Source: Octopus sinensis (lineage: Eukaryota). From it: a stretch of DNA of 64,000 nucleotides. The notes beneath the pieces are model-generated. The model was given only the letters and a program-made list of their open reading frames with translations. It made no database searches and was not told the DNA's origin. Below are positions 11,996 to 25,396 of this stretch, in pieces (positions within the stretch are counted from its first letter, which is position 1; the number at the start of each line of letters is the position of its first letter). The position numbers were made by a program, and so were the translations under genes. The stretch covers positions 121,024,001 to 121,088,000 of the forward strand of contig NC_042997.1 in NCBI RefSeq assembly GCF_006345805.1, in the 5' to 3' direction.

Positions 11996-14900
11996 ATTAC
12001 ACGGATAATCCTGGACAGGTGGAGGTTGAACTCATGATCGTAAGGTTGTGGTTTCGATTCCTGGACCGGGTGATGCGTTGTGTTCTTAAGCAAAACACTT
12101 CATTTCACGTTGCTCCATTCCATTCAGCTGGCAAAAATGAGTACTTCTGCGACGGACCGGCGAATTTCTACGACACTGAAACCAGGAAAACGGCCCTTAT
12201 GAGCCTGGCATGGCTCGAGAAGTAACATACCTGGTCAGGGATTCTTCTACCTTAGATCTGTTTAATGAATGTTAGTGTTACCTTAAATGTTAAATTCAAC
12301 AACTGTTAGCAATTAGATGCCAAATATATTTTAATTGGTTCTTTATGTAGCTGAAATACGATCGAAGATATTTCAAATACGGTTTTATGTCACTTCTAAA
12401 ATCTTTCCTTTACGTGAACCAGTTCCATTAGCATGCTGTAAGCCATTTCTCTATCAAGCGTGGCCACAAGAGTATTTCTTGCCTTTATTGTTATATGGAT
12501 ATCATGCCTGAAGGGATTTATAAACTTAAAGGTTTTTTGAGCCCGGACATTCCAGAAATTCAAGGGTAGAACACGTTACCTCATGCTTCCATGGCTGTGA
12601 ATTATACACAGCTCATTACGAATATTCCCATTAATGCATTCTACGTTTACGTTGTTGCTGTTGATTAGAATAATGATCGAATCTGCATTATGGAATCAAT
12701 ACACAGCTAGTTGTATTTCACTGGCATATGCTAGGTGCTTCGGCCAACTACATGGGTGTAAGAACTGCTTTGTGGTAGGTCTTGCTGTTGGTCACGAAAA
12801 CTAATCCTTAGCGCATTTGAAAGTATCAGGTGTAGCCTCTAGTAGAGTACATTCATTCGTAAACTTGTCTACTAGATTGTGAATCCGTGAAAAAGTAATA
12901 GGGTTTGTTCTTTCTCTTCTGATTAATACATAAATAAATGTCTCTGGCATATTAATAACAAATGATGGTTCAAAGTGTTATATCTGTGTCTTTACTACCC
13001 ACATAGAGGGGATAAACAAGGACAGACAAAAGGATTAAGTCGATTACATCGATCCCAGTGCGTTACTGGTACTTAATTGGTCGATCCCGAAATGATGAAA
13101 GGCAAAGTCGACCTCGGTGGAATTTGAACTCAGAACGTAACGGCAGAGGAAATACGGCGACGCATTTCACCCGGCGTGCTAGCGGTTCTGCCAGCTCGCC
13201 GTCTTCCAAAGAGTTATATCCAGTCTATGGATGATGTTTTTGCGAAACTTATTTGATACGTTTTATCATATACACACACACGCCCACACACGCTCGCACG
13301 CGCGAACACCATTGCCCATATGCGAAAACACACAATTGTAAACACTAAAACGCTAACACACTAAAACAACGGCAAGATTGCGCATATATTTGCACACACT
13401 TTCTACTCAAACGAATTTAAAACAGCCGAGCTAACTCATCAATTATTTATATGCACTATCTTGCAGTCTATATCTGAAAATTTTCTCCGTCTTCTCTAAA
13501 ATATGTATTATACACTCTCTTCTAAATATATATTAATACATCTATATCAAACAGAAATCAACTCTCATTAACATCTGCAACTTCATTACATCCGACTCGG
13601 CTTCAATTTCAATATTTACGATTCACTTCTTTTTACTAACTTATCTATAATCAATAATATAATTTCAGCTACATATTTAATTTTATAAAATTTGAAATTC
13701 AAATAAACACCAAAGGTTAAATAAGCTTGTTACAATTCAGAATTTGTAAATTAAAGTCACTTATTGAAGCTATAGGGTTGGTAATATAGCTTCAAATTAA
13801 CACGTAATTGTGTTTGTTTAATAATTAATGCTGTGCTGTATATTTCGTTACAAAGTAGAAACGTGACATATATTTACTTGAAGGTGTAATCTAATGTGTA
13901 TATAATTAGAAATATTTAGATTCATTCACTCGGATGTAGTTTTAAAGATATTTAGCTTGTTTTTGTTACATATTCTTAGTCATACGATTATTCTGATCAC
14001 TAGATTTATTTGTTGTCTTGTTTGCTTTACTGACGAAATATATCTAGGAGAAGCTGATCCAAAACATTCATTAATTCAGAGATAACACAATTCCGCAGAG
14101 GTCGACTTTTCATCCTTGGAGCTCGATGAAATAAATGCCTAACAGTTGAGAGCTGATGTCGAAATAATCGACTTGTTTCTACTCCAAATTGCTGGACTTG
14201 TGCCCAAACTAGAAACAAATAATCCTTTCTACTATAGACACAATGCGTGAAATGTTATGGGAGGGGATGGTCGATTATATCGACCCCAGTGTTTCACCGG
14301 TACTTAAGTTATCGACCCCCGAAATGAGGAAAGGCAAAGTTGACCTCAGCGGAATTTGAACCTAGAACGTAGCGACGTTCAAAATGCCGCTAAGCATTTC
14401 GTCCAGCAAGTTCACGACTCTGCCATCTCGCCACCACTAAAAGGAAATAATTCTTTCTATTATAGTCACAAGGCATGAAATTTGGGGGAGCTGGATAGAT
14501 GATTATATCCACCCAAGCATTCAAATAGTACTCATTTTATCGACCCCGAAACGATGAAATGTGATACTGCCAAGATGGACTTCACCTTTTATCCTTTCGA
14601 CATTCGAGGGCAATGAAATAAGTACTAATGAAGTACTGCGGTGGATGAAATCGAATACCATCCCTGATAATTCAAGCCAAATCCATTTAATATAGGTGAT
14701 ATTTAACCATATGTTGTCTTTTGTTTCTCTAAGATTGAATAATTATATAAACACACTCTTGTTTCATATTAATTCATTAATCATTATAGATATAACTATC
14801 AAACTTCCCGCAAATTATATTCATTCAAAACCAGTCGGGAAAAACGTTACAGAGGAAATGAATTAAAAGCAGTAATAGTATCATTAGATGGAAACAATAT

Positions 14901-15308
14901 GCTATTTACTGCCTATCATTTCCATTGTTACGTTAGGACGACCATATATGTATTATCTATCTTTACTGAATGTTTGATTGGTTTGAATGTATCGAGGTCA
15001 TTTGTCCAAACTCCTCTACTAATGACTAAGTTTCATGAGGAGGTAGATATAGCGCAGTTTAAGAGCTTCAGTTAACTATACATTTCAAAGACGTTAATAT
15101 CTGCAAAGTTCTCCATCTAACCTTGCATCACAAAAGTAAAAGAAACGCACTATGACTCCCGACATTATCTACCTACCCTACAAACCATTCCTCTTGTATC
15201 TCTCTCTAATATATATATATATATATATATTGTTTTTGGATTTGGTTTGCAAGAATCTTTATATTATAAGGCACAAAAAGAAAATGACTATCTCCACACA
15301 CAACAGTA

Positions 15309-15354
<46 letters not shown>

Positions 15355-16110
15355 TGTGTGTGTATGTGTGTGAGTGAGTGTGTATTTATGTAATTGTGTA
15401 TGTATGACTATTACATATAATACAAGAGAATTAGCGTAATCGAATCAATACAGTATTGAACACAAGGCAAGACACACATAAGAATCTAAAAACTCTGTTC
15501 AGGTACGTATCACGACAAAATGTCATTTTATGGTAGAAAGGAATTCACACCGCTCAAGCACACGGGAGTTCTAACGGAAATCTGGACAAGGCACTTAACT
15601 ACCTTCTCATTTCTAATCTGAAGTATCTTTGTAGTTATTTAGCAATAAATCTGTGCATTACTGAATACATTAAACATAATGATGCAGCGGCTCAGTCGAG
15701 CTATATTTTGTGTTTTCCTTATCACTTAAAGATTTTCATTTCTTTTATGTTGAGATTGATTTATGCATATTTAGTCGGAACATTTTAATGGTTATTTAAA
15801 TTTTCAAGAGAAACCCGTCATATACATATTCGATTTCTAGGTGGAAGATTAACCTGATTTCAAACTACGATGACTGACTGTCTGGATGTATTCCAGTACT
15901 TTTGTACTAATTAGCGTCATCACAGCTTCCAACGATTTCCAGACGGATTCAAAAATATTCAAAGTTGCCGGATGTAAAGCTACATTTCGCTCATCATGAC
16001 AAGCTAAAATGTCCTGTTCATATCTTTTATACATTTACATACACACACCCACACGCACGCAAGCACACACACACACACACATAAATACATAAATACATAA
16101 ATATGTATAA

Positions 16111-16142
<32 letters not shown>

Positions 16143-16152
16143 ATCTGTGTGT

Positions 16153-16455
16153 GGAGGCGCAATGACGCAGTGATTAGGGCAGCGGACTCGCAGTCGTAGG
16201 ATCGCGGTTTCGATTCCCAGACAAGGCGTTGTGGGTGTTTATTGAGCGAAAACACCTAAAAAGCCCCATGAGGCTCCGGCAGGGTTGGTGGCGATCCCTG
16301 GTGTACCCTTTTGCCACAACTTTCACTCTTTCTTCTGGTGGCCTCCTCGCTTAGCCAGCGAGGTGGCGTCATTTTAAGGCTAAAACAATGCGAAGTGCAA
16401 TGTGACCAGCGATGTGTAGCAACATCTGATAGCCTGGTCGGTCACGGTGATCACA

Positions 16456-16460
<5 letters not shown>
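16153..16460 (+). mobile_element. tRNA-derived SINE, family C, full length
   Basis: Head ggaggcgcaatgacgcagtgattagggcagcggactcgcagtcgtaggatcgcggtttcgattccc (A box and B box). Body cgaaaacacctaa...ggctccggc; tail ...tagcctggtcggtcacggtga. Confidence 0.8.
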
Positions 16461-16496
<36 letters not shown>

Positions 16497-16506
16497 AGAC
16501 ATACAT

Positions 16507-16568
<62 letters not shown>

Positions 16569-16711
16569 TTTTATTCTTTTACTTGTTTCAGTCATCTCAC
16601 TGCAGCCATGCTGGAGCACCACATTTAGTCGAACAATTCGACCCCAGGACTTATTCTTCGTAAGCCTAGTACATATTGTATCGCTCTCTTCTCACGATCT
16701 GCACGCACACA

Positions 16712-16758
<47 letters not shown>

Positions 16759-16794
16759 CATACATAATACATATATATATATATAAATAAATAA

Positions 16795-16825
<31 letters not shown>

Positions 16826-16872
16826 TATTCGAGACAAAACCACTATTTTGCAAAACAAACAAGGAAAGACTT

Positions 16873-17433
16873 AATATCTGGGTATTATCGAACTACTGTA
16901 GTGGCGTTTAATATTGCAAGAGATAATATTCCTTGAAAATTCTAGAGACCATATATAAATGCATGAAGTTACCCAATTAAACTTCTTAAGTAAATTAATT
17001 GTAGCGGCCTCGTTATTGTTACAGTTTCTCTTAGACAGGGTAGCTTTCGGAAGAGTGCTGCTGTATACCCATATATCTTTCATATTTCAGTTTTAAATAC
17101 GTCTTCCTTCAATTAGAGGTGTGTTCACCATGAACAGCAATGCAAAAGCGATACAAGCTCGTTGTTACTGTGGCAGTATCTCAGAATTCATTACAATTAA
17201 AGAAACCATAGCTTTGTCTTTATTAATTTTTCATTACAACGAATTTCCCACAAGTTGACGACCTAAGAATGTTGAACATTTTGAAAGCGAAAATGAGTGA
17301 AACAAAGGATTGCGTGGGGGAGTAAATTTGTTGGCAACTGCTAAATTTATGAATATCTGGGTATTATCGAACTACTGTAGTGGCGTTTAATATTGCAAGA
17401 GATAATATTCCTTGAAAATTCTAGAGACCATAT
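16873..17433. repeat. Identical 82-bp direct repeat pair
   Basis: 16873-16954 and 17352-17433 (aatatctgggtattatcg...tctagagaccatat) are identical by eye and separated by 397 bp of unique sequence. Confidence 0.92.
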
Positions 17434-18275
17434 TAAGGATCAAGTGAAATGCTGTAATTGATCTATTCGCACTCTGGAAGAGAAATATTAGAGACGATAG
17501 AACTTAACATATCAGATTGTTTATTGTCGGGGCTATCTTAGTAGACATCCGCCCAAGGTTCCACGCAGTGTGACTGACCCCACACTGAAAACAAAAAACA
17601 AGCACAAATTACGTTTCTTTTCACGTTGATGTATAATTTTGTTCATTTTCAATGTTAAGTATAACAATATTATAAGTTTTATCGTTATAATTTTTTTTAA
17701 GAAAGTTCAAATTTGGTTAACTTTCAAATAGCAGGACTTTCTAATAAAATCAAAATTTTATCAAAGGAAAGCATTGTTGGTATACATGAGCCACTTGCAA
17801 AAATCCTCAGCATAACTTGTTTGCATAAATTCAATTAAATATGAAAATAACAATATAAAAATTGTCTAAATTCAGACTAGCGTTTTTTACGCGAAATTGT
17901 ACTTGCAATCAATAGTCTGATATCACATGTACATTTTTCCTACGTTATAATTCTTCTTGTTTCGCTATCAAATTATTGCTTGAAAACGTTAGGCGTTTCA
18001 GTTTCCACATGAGTCATCTTTGCAAAAACTTTTATTTTGCTTCCTCTGAATCTAGTGAGTCATTCTGTCAATGTCAGTTCGACAGAAAATATATCGAAGA
18101 TGCATTCTGGAAATAATATATATATATATATATATCATTAGTATTACATCAAGCTGAGAGTCACTTATCTCAGCATCTTTATGACTTAATTTCTAAAATA
18201 TACCTTAATGTAAATGACGCAAATTTACCTCTAAATATTAATTAAAATTAAATCTATACTATATATTTAAACTGT

Positions 18276-18575
18276 GGATGCACATAGCCTAGTCGTTAGA
18301 GCGGTTGACTAGCGATAGGGGGATCGTGGTTTCGAATTTCGGGATGGACGATGTGTGTGTGTTTATGAGCGAAACACCTAAGCTCCACGCGGCTCCAGAA
18401 GAAGGTAATGTCGAACTTCTGCTGACACTTTCGCCACAATTTTCTCTCAGTCTTTCATCCTGCATCTTGCGGCTCGCCTGTGACGGACTGGCATCTCGTC
18501 CAGGTGGGGAGACTATACGCCAAGGAAACCTGGGAACCGGCCCTTATGAGCCAGGCATGACTCGAGAAGGAACAC
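18276..18575 (+). mobile_element. SINE family C variant
   Basis: tRNA-like head, gagcgaaacacctaagctccacgcggctcc body, tail cctgtgacggactggcatctcgtccagg...ggcccttatgagccaggcatgactcgagaagg. The same tail occurs at ~12020-12225. Confidence 0.8.
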
Positions 18576-19608
18576 ACATATATTTGAACTCAATACCTCT
18601 GAAAGGATGACGAATTTTATCCCTAAAGAATACAATATGAATTCAGATATATTTCTGCATTCATATGAATGATATATCCACGTTCAATCATACATGGTTC
18701 AATTCTAATACCAAGTGTAACTGACTTTTACCAATATAATTTTCAGCTGCTTTTATGTATGTGATAGCGATTAGAAGATGCTGGTGTCACATACACAATG
18801 ATATACTAGTAAGATCCAATTACAAGAACTAACAAAACCACCACTCCGGAAGAGTTTACAATGATGTCTCCAAATATACATTGTATCTACATGAAATGTT
18901 AACGTGCATTTTTGGGCAACTGTTGCAATATATTATACTTTAATCTCCAGACAAACAGAAACCATGCGTGGTTTCAATTTCCTGTTGCTATGATGCTTAA
19001 AGACATAGGCAATACAATTTCTAATATCAGCACAACATTTGACTTTAGTTCTAAACACCTTGAGCTATAACTAGACCAAATAACAATATATTCTACATTC
19101 TGTATGCTCAAAAAACAAGACAATATGAAAATCATCTAAACGTGACACTAAGTGAATTTCAGTGTTAATTTCCGATTCTCGTATGTTGTGAATACAAATA
19201 CAAACGATAGTTAAATTGCCTTAATCCAATAGACTGCATAAAGCAAGTACTAAAGATTAATTACTTAACAATAATAACTCCACATTATACAGAAATCATT
19301 TGCCTGAAACTTTTCTCAAACAACATTCATAGAGAGAATACAGGGTAGCATAATGTGTATAGTGCTGGATTCCAAAGCGTATAATGATGTGTGCGTCAGT
19401 GTGTGCGTGTGTGTGTGTGAGAGAGTGATTGTGTGTGCGTAGGATGTAGGTCTTGTGAATGTGTTTATTTGATAGTGCAGGTGGGGAAATGACAGAGTCG
19501 TTAAAGCGTGGGTGAGATGACCCTGCGTTATTCGTTTCAAATTTTTATCCGGCCAGTTCAAATTCGTGTGATGTTTATTACCTTTCATATTTCTTTTATT
19601 CATGCGCC

Positions 19609-19898
19609 CTTTTCAAGTCTAGTCAGGCTCATGGGTCCGGTTTCCCGTTTTCTGTGACGTATGTGCCCCCCCCCCCAGGTGGGCGGGACGCCAGTCCAAA
19701 TCAACGTTACTCAAGAAACAGGAAGAGAAAGTGAAAGAAAGTTGGGGCAACAGGGGTCGCCACCAACCACTGCCGGAGCCTCGTGGAGATTTCGGTGTTT
19801 TCGCTCAATAAAAACACATAACGCCCGGTCTCGGAATCGAAACCGCAATCCTCCGACCTCGATGCCGCTGCCCTAACCATTGGGCCATTCCGCCTCCA
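19609..19898 (-). mobile_element. SINE family C variant
   Basis: Minus-strand head ggaggcggaatggcccaatggttagggcagcgg...gcggtttcgattccgagacc with matching body and tail. Confidence 0.8.
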
Positions 19899-20169
19899 CT
19901 ACCTTTCATATTTACGGAATCAACAAAGAAATTTCCACTCCTAGACAAAGGTTAGTGCCTCTCTTTACTTCTTTTCTGTTTGCTATGTTTTATTTTTTCT
20001 TGCCATTCAGTGTCACCTTCTGGCGACAACTTATACTCTGGGACCAAGTTGCCTATTTTTAATTTGTCCAGAAAATAGTGTATACTAAATTCGTCAAAGA
20101 TTTGAGACATGTTACGAAGAGCATTACTATGGCAAAATTGGAATGCATAACGACATATATACCTCTTCA

Positions 20170-20465
20170 AGGGGGTGGGGAGTAACTGTCACCTAAATTC
20201 CTCTACTATCACGGATGTTAGGTTCCAGCACCTTCCCCCGTGATACGTGAAAATCCGTGAAGCAGAAACAGTACTGTACAAAACGCGGAGTAGAGTAAGA
20301 GGGACAACTGATGAAGGGGAATATTCTTTATGTTGCATGTCTCGATTCTCTGATTGTTTTTGTCTTTCGTTGTTTGGAAAATGTTCGTTTTCTATGATTT
20401 TGCTTTTATGTTTTCGTATCTCATTGTGTTCAACGTTTTGTTTCATGTCCTGTGCTAATATATGC
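20170..20465 (+). repeat. Dispersed repeat family ending at (TA)n, possibly a Penelope-type tail
   Basis: Related blocks at ~29850-30000 and ~36015-36120 share (a)c/ttgatgaaggg, ttcgttgtt..aaa.atagttc and gtcctgtgct.a.atatgcat, each abutting TA repeats. Confidence 0.5.
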
Positions 20466-20574
20466 ATGTATATATACATATATATGTAGGTATGTACATA
20501 TATGTATGTATATATACATATAATTATATATCATTTATATTAGTATATGATCAAACACCACGCATTATTTTTCA

Positions 20575-20870
<296 letters not shown>

Positions 20871-20908
20871 ACACACAATATAATATGTGACAATTGTTCG
20901 GATGCCAT

Positions 20909-20969
20909 GATAAAACTCTGCGTTTCAGATTTCGGGGCGGAAAACTGCCCCGGCATGTGTTCAGTTATC
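20909..20969 (-). ncRNA. Degenerate hammerhead-like motif (family H2, inverted partner)
   Basis: Minus strand GAUAA CUGAACA CAUG...AAUCU GAAA CGC A GAG UU UUAUC. Several core and stem mutations. Confidence 0.45.
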
Positions 20970-20990
20970 ATAGCATATTTTACTTGCCTC

Positions 20991-21052
20991 GATAACTGAA
21001 GAGATGCCGGTGCCGGTTTCCGTCCCCGACATCCGAAACTCAGAGTTTTATC
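20991..21052 (+). ncRNA. Type I hammerhead-ribozyme-like motif (family H2)
   Basis: GAUAA CUGAAGA GAUG...CAUC C GAAA CUC A GAG UU UUAUC. Stem I GAUAA/UUAUC, intact CUGAAGA core, stem III ACUC/GAGU with 1-nt loop, GUU triplet. One unpaired C before GAAA. Confidence 0.65.
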
Positions 21053-22929
21053 ATGGCAACTGAATAATTGACAATAATTCTTCTTCTCAACTGGAGCTGA
21101 CTTTAATTTGGTAATAATGACATATCTTCTAAAGGCAGATACAATTTTACTAAATGAAGAAATTATTATCTATGTCATTGGATATATCTCTATTTGTGTA
21201 AGTTATTCTAATATCTGTAACTGGATACTTACACATTTTTCTCTTGGCACTCTGATGTCTAAGTTATGCCGATTCTTTAAAATTCTAGTTTCCCTGAAAA
21301 GTCATGTTCCGTGTTCATCTTAAAAAGTGAACAGGTTAGATATAAAGGTAGTATATCGGATTCCTCTCGACTCACATAGACTCATAGGGCCGCTTTCCTG
21401 ATTTCCGTCAGGCACATATTTTTCCCACCCTTGCCTGTACGGCAACGGTCGCATGAAACGGGTTTTACATTTAAGTAATAATTTTATATCGTATAAATTA
21501 TGCTTATTTACTTTACTGCAATGAAAACCTCACGTAAATAATATTAATATTTGCACAATTTCTATTTGTGCATAATAATTTTCTCAAGCCTGCTGTATTA
21601 TCTTTCACTGCCATCAACATTTAAGAGAAGATGTAGCATTAATTAAAGATTATTGCTTAATTATGGTCAAAAGTTTGTAATAAATCTTGATAACAAGAAT
21701 ATATGTCACATAGAATGCAGAATAATTTCAATGATTTTGTACAGTTTCAACAATTTAATGAATTCGGAACGTATTATAGACACTCGCCTATTATATATAT
21801 ATGTATATATATATATATGTGTGTGTGTGTGTATAAATGAGGTGTTACATATTTTATTTCGTTTTAGCGCCGATGTTAATTAACTATGTAACAAAATACT
21901 TGATTGCATTGATAACTATGATGAAATCTGTATTTAATTAATAAATGAAATGTTCTCATATTAAGATATATCACAATATATCTCGAAACCTTTTTGCCAT
22001 TATTTCTTCTTCTTCTTCTTCTTCTTCTTCTTCTTCTTCTTCTTCTTCTACTACTACTACTACTACTACTACTACTATTACTACTACCACCACCACTACT
22101 TCTACGACGACGATGACATCGGCGACAACGATTATTACCACTACAGCTAATACTAGGTTATCAAACCTTTCTTCTTCATATCTTAATCCTTATTCAACTT
22201 CTCCCGCATCTTATTTTAATTATTGCATCTCTACGGGATATGAAGCTGCAAGCTACACCCTTAGAAGTCTTACTCGTTTCACATCGTGCCAAACAAACAG
22301 CCTGTCTGTATATTGAGGGAATTCATCAATACGCAGTTTCTTCAGCTAACCGTTTCAATTCGCGCAACTATTGCGAAGAGGACAATTACAATTTGTAAAT
22401 TTATGCATTTACTTAAGTTCCATAAATTTTCAAATAGTAATCCTTTTTAGATCCTACTTTTATAAAAGACGTTACACAACAATGAGTTGGTGTCACAGAC
22501 TTACCTCACTGCGTCAATAATAATTTCAGATATTATTATCACTCTTGAGGCAGTGAACAGGAAGAATAGTTACAGTGCAAGACCAAATGCTTAAGAGCAC
22601 TTACGAATTTTCATTCCGAGTTAAAATTCCGCCGAGGTCGACTTTGCCTTTCATGCTTTCTGAGTCAATAACTTAAGTACCAGTGAAAAATTGAGGTCAT
22701 TGTAACTGACTAGTAACCTCCACCAATTTTCAGGCTTTTTGCCTATTGTAGAAAACATTACTATTATTGTTCTTATTTGCTTTCAATCTCCATGTTTGTT
22801 ACCATCACTTTCCGAGACACACCCAATATCCTAGGTCGAGTGAAGGATAAGAGAAATTATAGTATGACTGAAAGTTTGGGGAGGGGATGTGGCGAATATC
22901 TTCGAGTAAATCAACACATATATGAACTG

Positions 22930-23170
22930 ATAAGGTTTTTCTAAGGATATGGGCAGTACATGGCTCCCCTGGCGGTTGTCTAGATGTTTCTTACTTCTCT
23001 TTTTTATCATACTTAAGGCACCTATAATAACAGGAATATTGTTTTGTTTTAAGATGCTACATCTTTTCTATTTCAATTTCCAGGTCCTTATATTTACTTA
23101 ATTTGTCAAACTTCTTTACCAGTGTATTGATATGAGTTGGAACACTTACATCTATTAGTCTACAAGTACT
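22930..23170 (-). mobile_element. Decayed R4/Dong REL-endonuclease 3' fragment (copy C)
   Basis: Hand translation: TCRLIDVSVPTHINTLVKKFDKLSKYKDLEIEIEKM*HLKTK, then after a frameshift IPVIIGALSMIK and TAHILRKTLS. This is collinear with the C-termini of copies A and B. Confidence 0.8.
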
Positions 23171-23399
23171 TTTTTTCCTGTTTAATTAATTATGTTTGGT
23201 CGACTGTATTAATGTTGATGTTATTGTTGTTAATTCCAGTTAATTATGTTAACTCTGTACCGGGCAACTGGAAGTACCAGGGTATAAATAGATTCGATGC
23301 GATTTTGGGAGTTGAGTTCAGTTTTTAGTATGAGTTGCAATCTTCTGTAATACCCCTTTCGTATTTTTCCTTCGTTTATCTATTTATAACTTCCTATCA

Positions 23400-23975
23400 T
23401 GGCTGTTATGTCCGTCTGTCTGTTCCCTCTTCACGCTGAAACGGCTGGATCAACCATCACAATATATTTTGTTTTACGAAGGAGCTAATCAGGGAGATTT
23501 TTAGCGAAAAAATGTATGATTATTTAGTGGATACTAAGTTTTGTACTAATAAATCACCTTTGGTTTTTTTGTGTGAATATTCCACCCCCGTATAGTTCGG
23601 GAATTTAGAGGGTTTACTTTTGCGATACTCTCCCTTTATTTCCCATCGTAGATGCGCAGATTTTTCTATCTTACAATAATGGGCGTTATGTCCGTCTGTC
23701 CGTCCATTTGTCCGTCTCATAGTTTGTCCCATTTTGACGTTCAGGTGTTTGGACCAATGGTTACGATATTTTTATGGATTACAAAGACTGTCGTCAGAAA
23801 GGTTTTTAGCATTTAAAAAATCAGGAAGCATGATTATTTTGTGGATATCAATTTTTGAATTGATAAATCACCTTCGCATTTTTATAAAGGATTCACCAAC
23901 ATCGGGTAACTCTAGATTTTCATCGTATAATTCGTAACCCCATCGTAGATACGAAGTCGGGCATAAGGACGTTTA
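23400..23975 (+). mobile_element. Helitron-like repeat fragments (two reiterated heads)
   Basis: atgtccgtctgtc occurs at ~23408 and ~23688, and cccatcgtagat at ~23642 and ~23938. Lies just upstream of the helicase remnant. Confidence 0.35.
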
Positions 23976-24204
23976 CAAACGAAAATAAAATTGAAAACGT
24001 GTGTGTCAGTATGTAGTGTGTGTGTGATTATTTGTTGGCCATTCTATCAGCCTCGACCAGGATTAGAAACGGCTAATCGAAGTGGCTGTTCTTTATATCT
24101 CAGTTTTGCCAATCAAAATAGCCCATGATACCAGAACATCCGGCCGTTATTCGCAGAGAACGGTGAAAGGTAACTCTTAGTTTGATTTTTTGCAACCCTA
24201 AAGA

Positions 24205-24391
24205 TTCCTCTTGCACGTTTACAACAAACAACCCACAAGGTCATACTTTAGATCGTGTAGGTGTATTTTTACCCACTACGACTTTTACACACGGCCACTT
24301 GTACTTCGCTATGAGTAGACCAACGGAATACGGTAATTTGAAAATTAGTGTCTCCCAAACAGAAAATATCGCCAACAAAGAAGTTTTGTAA
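24205..24391 (+). pseudogene. Helitron Pif1-type helicase C-terminal remnant
   Basis: CTFTTNNPQGHTLDRVGVFLPTTTFTHGHLYFAMSR...NIANKEVL-stop matches the Helitron helicase end (AMTINKSQGQTL..VG..L..PVF.HGQLYVA.SR...N.V..EVL) with decayed residues. Confidence 0.75.
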
Positions 24392-24397
24392 TCAATA

Positions 24398-25396
24398 TCT
24401 ATAAAGCTTAAATGCGAAAAATGTTTTTTGTCTCATTTTGGGATTGGAACGGTTTAAGGGCCAGTAGATGGGGTCGGATTGGCTCCAAAATTTACATGGA
24501 TATGTAAAAAGAGGCGAGGAAGCGAGTGGACTAGATTAGAAACCCCTATCTCAAAAGCTGTGGTTACTAGGACAACAACACCCACACTTTGACAAGTGTT
24601 TGCCGTTTCTCGCTTTCGCATATCACCCTGTCTTCCTCCATCTCTCTCTTTCCTTCCTTCCCTCAATTTCTCTCTATAATTACGTTTGACAGCTTCGTCT
24701 GTTACTCTTTCTAACACCACCTCTCTTACTGTACATCCGTCTGTATCTATAAAGAGAAAGTGTTGACAGCTGCAAAAGTTTAAATATTCCCGCTAACCTT
24801 AATATATTATTGTCATCAACCCCTAGGCATTAATGACAGTAATTAATATCTATAAAGCTGAAATGCGAAAACGTTGTTTGATTTCTTGGTTATTTGTCTC
24901 GATGGGAACAGTATAAGGAGCAGTTTCTCATTTTTACGTATTTTTGCCTTTTATTTTTTATTGTTTACAGTTTTCATTTTTTCTGAAAGAAATTTACAGC
25001 TGCATGTAGCCTGTGTTTAGAGCTTTCGTTTACATGGTCAATCGTCGAAAAATTCTCAAAATAAGTACAAAATTTAACAAAGAAATCCTTTTTCTCCTTA
25101 TTTTTCAGCCCTCAAATACTGCAAAAGGCAAGTGTGCTTTCTGTTGTCACTGCCTGATATTTATCATTGATCTTTCAAAATATTTTCTTTCTCAACTTAC
25201 TCAAGAACTTTTGTTTTTTTATAAATGGGAGAGAGATAGATAGAGAAGGATAGTAAGAGAGTAAGAGAGTGGGAATGTGAGAGAGAAAGGAGAGAGAAAC
25301 AAAGAGGGAGAATGTGGCGATAAGAAACAGAAAGGAAGCAACAAAAAATAATAACCACACCTTCACCCACGCGTAGAGCGGGTCAGCTTAAGCTAG
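24398..25396 (+). mobile_element. Non-autonomous Helitron(s): repeated 5' A|TCTATAAAG starts and one 3' hairpin-CTAG|T end
   Basis: atctataaagcttaaatgcgaaaa (~24397), atctataaagag (~24746) and atctataaagctgaaatgcgaaaa (~24848). The 3' end cccacgcgtagagcggg ... CTAG (25393-25396) is followed by T. Confidence 0.6.

Noticed and set aside
10689-12437. Segments with good acceptor and donor signals (10689-10710 and 12351-12437, plus strand)
   Set aside because: The peptides are unrecognisable and no consistent exon chain can be built. AG/GTAAG pairs are frequent by chance in AT-rich DNA.
16153-16225. tRNA-like sequence with A and B boxes
   Set aside because: It is the head of a SINE continuing into a repeated body; no proper cloverleaf or acceptor stem.
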